This document shows, piece after piece, positions 59,928 through 64,000 of a stretch of DNA of 64,000 bases. The translations under genes were made by a program, and so were the position numbers. The notes beneath the pieces are model-generated. The model did no database searches. It saw only the letters and a program-made list of their open reading frames with translations, and was not told where the DNA came from. Source of the DNA: Candidatus Bathyarchaeum tardum (GTDB lineage: Archaea; Thermoproteota; Bathyarchaeia; Bathyarchaeales; Bathyarchaeaceae); contig CP122380.1 in NCBI GenBank assembly GCA_024650005.2, positions 544,001 to 608,000 on the forward strand, read 5' to 3'. Each line of letters opens with the position of its first letter. The first letter of the stretch is position 1.

Positions 59928-61412
59928 TTATGGAACTGGAAGAATCCAAACTACAGCTAAAACAGTTAGCAATGCTGGAATAGCTGCTAAAATACCTGTT
60001 TTAATAAGTCTGCTTCTTGGAATAAGTCCTGTTGAATAAATTAGGGCTGTGGAGGGTACCCCTACAGGTGTTATGAATGCTATTGTTGCAGATAGGGCTA
60101 CCGCCATAACGAAAGGCACTGGTGACATTTCTAAAATATTTGCTGTTTCTATTGCAATCGGTATTAAAATGGCTGCTGTTGCACTGTTTGAAATAAAATT
60201 TGTTAAGAGAAGTGAAATTGTGCTTAAGACAATTATTATTACTATTGTTGGGGTTGAACCATGCATAGATGCTATGGCACTACTTATTCCACTAGCTGCA
60301 CCTGATATAATCATAGCTTCGCCAAGTAGAATTCCCCCTCCGACTAGAAATATTAGTTCCCATTGGATTGATTGTAAATCTTTAATGTCAAGTAGGTTAA
60401 AACCGAACATGATTAGTACTGCGATTACAGAAACTATTGCTACATTTGATACTGAAGTGGGCAATCCGAGCCAGACTTCAAACTGACTGCCCATGAACCA
60501 AAATATTATTGTTCCCAAAAAAATCAGAAGAACCCTTTTTTGTGTGTTGTTTAATTTTTCAATTTGTTTCTTTTGTTCAATTATTGCATCCAGTTTAAGG
60601 GTTACTTTTGGAGAGGGATACAACTTTTTTAGTAACAAAAATGCTAGAGCTAATACCAGTAAAGACACGGGTAAACCATAATATGCCCATTCAATGAACC
60701 CAAAGGAAAGTGTTTCACCTAGTAAAGCTCCTGCTATCATTGCAGGAGTGCTCCCTGTAAGCATTGCTGTACCCCCTATTGATGTGCTTATGGACACTCC
60801 TAAGAGCATCTTGCGTTTAAGGTTAACAAGTTCTTCAGGCATTGCTGTTAATATTGAAAGTATAACGGGTAAAATTACCGCTATGGCTACCGTGTTTGAC
60901 ATCCACATGCTTAAGAATGCAGTGCTGGCCATGACTAGCAAAATTAGTCTATCTATTTTTCCTTTGGAGTAAGTCAATAGATTGTATCCAATCCATTTGT
61001 CTAATCCATGTTTTTTGATTGATTGGCCTAAAACAAGACCTCCAATCATGAGAAATATAATTGAGTTGGAAAAAGGCGCAAATGCTTCTTTGGGGTTAAA
61101 TACGCCTAACAGAGTTAGCATTGCGGGTATCATCAGTCCAGTTATGGGTAAGGGAAATACTTCTAACATCCAACAGCCTGCTGCGAAAACAAATGTTGTC
61201 AAGGTTTTGCGCACGATTTCTGGTTGATTGAATGTTATCAAGTAAACTAGAACGGCAATAATTAATACAAAAAACAGGTTTTTCTTTGAGTATACTATTT
61301 TGTAAAGTTTCGTTGGCGCTTTATAAGCAATCCATTCTATTGGTTTGCAAAAGTAACAGTCTTTGTTCTCGTCCGATTTGTTGTTTTGGTTGTTTTTTTC
61401 GAGGTCTTTCAT
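59928..61412 (-). CDS. SLC13/DASS family sodium:anion symporter
   Basis: SMWMSNT, GSTPA, TNFISNSATA, AFITPVG. Confidence 0.9.
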   Translation of the reverse strand: MKDLEKNNQNNKSDENKDCYFCKPIEWIAYKAPTKLYKIVYSKKNLFFVLIIAVLVYLITFNQPEIVRKTLTTFVFAAGCWMLEVFPLPITGLMIPAMLTLLGVFNPKEAFAPFSNSIIFLMIGGLVLGQSIKKHGLDKWIGYNLLTYSKGKIDRLILLVMASTAFLSMWMSNTVAIAVILPVILSILTAMPEELVNLKRKMLLGVSISTSIGGTAMLTGSTPAMIAGALLGETLSFGFIEWAYYGLPVSLLVLALAFLLLKKLYPSPKVTLKLDAIIEQKKQIEKLNNTQKRVLLIFLGTIIFWFMGSQFEVWLGLPTSVSNVAIVSVIAVLIMFGFNLLDIKDLQSIQWELIFLVGGGILLGEAMIISGAASGISSAIASMHGSTPTIVIIIVLSTISLLLTNFISNSATAAILIPIAIETANILEMSPVPFVMAVALSATIAFITPVGVPSTALIYSTGLIPRSRLIKTGILAAIPALLTVLAVVWILPVP

Positions 61413-61736
61413 TCCTCAATCTCCGTGAGAAGTAGATTATATATCATAAACGATTGAATTTAATGTTTTAACTTTTTTCTATATGCTGTTTATGATGTGG
61501 TTGAATTATGAACATATACTTTAAACATTGAACGAAGTGAAAAATACACCATCAAATATGGCAAAACTGGTTTTAGTTTTTGTTTTTTATGTTTAGTGTT
61601 TGAATTAATGTTTAATAGGTGTCATTTTTTTAGATAGTATCTGCTGGGTGTAAAAAATTTTATGCGTTCTACTTCTAAAACAGTTTGTTTAAGTGTTGTT
61701 GTTATAATAATATGTGGTTGTACAGGGAAATAAGAA

Positions 61737-62708
61737 ATGCTGGAATTGTTGGACCTATTAGGCAATCTCGTAATTCTTTTTGTTGCTTTGGTTTTAATGT
61801 ATAAAGCTAGTGACGTAACTATTCATCATTCTGTTAAAGTTGCTGAAGTTACTGGTTTAGGAAAAACTACTGTTGGTTTTGTTCTTATTGCGTTATCAAC
61901 TTCGTTGCCTGAATTGTTTGTAGTTGTTTTTTCAGTGTTTGAACCCGCGAATATAGGTGTGTCTATTGGTAACATTTTAGGCTCTAATGTTACAAATATT
62001 TGTTTAACGTTAGGGGTTTGTTTTTTCTTGATAGCCTTGAAATATCCTGAACTAGAACATTTCATTCCCAGCATGGCGAAAAAAGAAATGGGAAACTTGT
62101 ACTTTGGGCTTTTTATTGCATCGATTATTCCTTTGTCTTTATTGTTTGTTGGTTCTGCAAGCTTTTTAATAGGCATTATCCTGTTGGGGGTATTCTTCTA
62201 CAATATGTATCAATTATCTAAAATAAAAAATGTGAAAGAAGAACCAGGACTTGTTGAAAAACAAAATCTTAGAAAATATGTTGTTTTAACAATTGTCGGT
62301 GCATTGGGCGTTGTAGTTAGCTCGTATTTTATTGTAGAAGCTTCTTCTTACATTGCAAGGGGGATTGGTATTCCAACAGTGATTATTGGTGCTACCATTG
62401 TTGCCTTAGGAACAAGTTTACCTGAACTGGTAACCGGTATCGACTCTGTAAGAAAAGGTCATGCTGAGTTAGTGTTAGGTAACGTAATTGGAAGTTGTTT
62501 TATGAACATTACTTTAATTTTAGGGCTAGCGTTAATTTTTGCGCCCTTTAGGGTTGAAATGGGAGCATTTTCTGATTTAATTGTGTTATCGTTAATTACT
62601 AACCTTATATTGTGGTATTTCCTATCAAACGAAAAAGTTGGAAAACAAGAAGGAACCGTTTTGCTCTTTTTGTATTCAGTGTTCCTTGTAACAAGTTTTC
62701 TTGCATAG
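61737..62708 (+). CDS. Sodium:calcium antiporter (CaCA)
   Basis: Two alpha repeats STSLPEL...GNILGSN and GTSLPEL...GNVIGS. Confidence 0.93.
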   Translation: MLELLDLLGNLVILFVALVLMYKASDVTIHHSVKVAEVTGLGKTTVGFVLIALSTSLPELFVVVFSVFEPANIGVSIGNILGSNVTNICLTLGVCFFLIALKYPELEHFIPSMAKKEMGNLYFGLFIASIIPLSLLFVGSASFLIGIILLGVFFYNMYQLSKIKNVKEEPGLVEKQNLRKYVVLTIVGALGVVVSSYFIVEASSYIARGIGIPTVIIGATIVALGTSLPELVTGIDSVRKGHAELVLGNVIGSCFMNITLILGLALIFAPFRVEMGAFSDLIVLSLITNLILWYFLSNEKVGKQEGTVLLFLYSVFLVTSFLA

Positions 62709-63084
62709 TTCCAAAGTTTAGATTTGATGTTGAATTCTAATCTTTAACCTAAGCAGTTTCTTTTTGTTCATTAGCGTTCAATTTTTGATGCTTCGATCAA
62801 AAAAGCTGTTAATTTAATTATTGGCCATTGTTTATCCTGTTTTAGTTATGTGATTATTTTTTCTTTATCTCTTGAAAACGATGAGTAATGATGTTTTTTA
62901 GTTATATTTACTAAAAATTTTGGGTTATTTTTTAATAGCTTTCGAAGACTGAATTTTTTATATTATTATCAAGAAAACCAGAAAATACAGCATCAATAAC
63001 ATTTTCTAAGCCCCTTCACGCCTGCGCATTTGTAATTTTAATGTTTAAATTATGCCCTGAACATAATTATTACAAGTGTTTTCT

Positions 63085-64000
63085 ATGGTTAAGATTGTGA
63101 AAGATGTTTTTTCGAAAGGTTTCGTAGAAGTTAATGAAAACGATACGCTTTCTTCTTGTTTGTCACTTTTCAAAGAAGAGATGCCACCTGTTTTAGCGGT
63201 CTTAGACAGCAAAGGCAATTACAAAGGGGTGATTTCTCGCAGATGGATAACCCGGTCTAGTTTTGATTCTTCGGGAACCAAAGTTAAGACTTTGATGCGA
63301 TCAGCGCCTACTGTTACTTTACATGATTCTCTTAGCAAGGTCGCTAAGTTGATGATTGAAAGCGAGATTAGGCAACTTCCAGTCTATAGTGGCGATGATC
63401 TCTTGGGATTTGTTACCGATGAGGATGTTATCCATGGAACTGTAATGGAACAATGGGGTAAAACCCGTGTTGAAGAGATAATGACTAAACATCCGTTTGT
63501 CATTGAAGACGACGAATCAGTAGGAGCAATACTAAGCCTTTTTAAAAGAGAAGGAATCTCGCACGTGCCAATAGTCAGAGATGGAAAACTTGTTGGAATT
63601 GTTAGTGTTATAGATATTATTAGCAATGTTTTCCAACCAAAAAAGAGACAAATGGTTGGGGAAATAGTAGGCGAAAAAGTTCCTGTTCTTAATATGCCTG
63701 CGAAAGGAATAATGGTGAAGCCTGTGATCACTGTTTTGCCTGAAACCAACTTGCGCGAAGCTGAGGATCTAATGCACAAATTCGAGATTTCCTGTTTGGT
63801 GGTCGTTGGCAAAGGAAGACCCGTTGGCATATTGACTAAACGGGATTTTCTTGAACCTTTGGCTCAACTGGAAAAGCCGGTGCGAAGGCTTATGGTGCAG
63901 TTTTCAGTTAAAGATGTGGACATTGATGACATTCAACGCGGGTTTATTATGGGCGATTTTGAATCTTTTGCTAGTCGATATGGAGAAACATTAGAATCTG
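63085..64000 (+). CDS. Four-CBS-domain protein with C-terminal extension; 3' truncated (absent from ORF track)
   Basis: Open from ATG 63085 to window end: VTLHDSLSKVAKLMIESEIRQLPV, ISHVPIVRDGKLVGIVS, ISCLVVV...GILTKRDFL. Confidence 0.85.
   Translation, partial: MVKIVKDVFSKGFVEVNENDTLSSCLSLFKEEMPPVLAVLDSKGNYKGVISRRWITRSSFDSSGTKVKTLMRSAPTVTLHDSLSKVAKLMIESEIRQLPVYSGDDLLGFVTDEDVIHGTVMEQWGKTRVEEIMTKHPFVIEDDESVGAILSLFKREGISHVPIVRDGKLVGIVSVIDIISNVFQPKKRQMVGEIVGEKVPVLNMPAKGIMVKPVITVLPETNLREAEDLMHKFEISCLVVVGKGRPVGILTKRDFLEPLAQLEKPVRRLMVQFSVKDVDIDDIQRGFIMGDFESFASRYGETLES

Noticed and set aside
63384-63830. 148-aa minus-strand ORF and many other antisense ORFs in the track
   Set aside because: Shadows of well-supported genes on the opposite strand.
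1-64000. CRISPR arrays, integrases, transposases, rRNA
   Set aside because: None seen anywhere in the window.

Overview
Archaeal chromosomal window. Bathyarchaeia (TACK) is my inference, from a cbf5 BHB intron, a TFE-beta/RPC34-like gene, PQQ-propeller and Kelch/PEF-CTERM surface proteins, and frequent TTG/CTG starts. It is mostly core genes: cbf5, rpl14e, rps12-rps7-tuf, EF-1beta, cdc48, fen1, pcm, rdgB, rps15, RecJ/GAN, KEOPS pcc1/bud32/kae1, rlmE, proteasome beta, larBCE and pfkA. RNA genes are tRNA-Ser(GGA) with three introns, tRNA-Ala(TGC), tRNA-His(GTG) and SRP RNA. Main highlights: (1) Two protein-coding genes carry short tRNA-type bulge-helix-bulge (BHB) introns. One is the known-type cbf5 intron (21 nt). 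The other is a 30-nt intron in pcm whose excision restores the SAPHMVA motif, which suggests mRNA splicing beyond cbf5. (2) A ~4.8-kb island between pcc1 and bud32 has two units behind a duplicated promoter plus structured leader. One encodes a secreted clan-CD-like cysteine protease and an anchored PepSY-like partner. The other encodes a signal-peptide/rhodanese/10-Cys halocin-C8-like precursor and a 4-TM candidate immunity protein. (3) Orphan structured RNAs, CTG/non-canonical starts and pseudogenes that the ORF track missed. All calls come from manual reading; no database searches were run.
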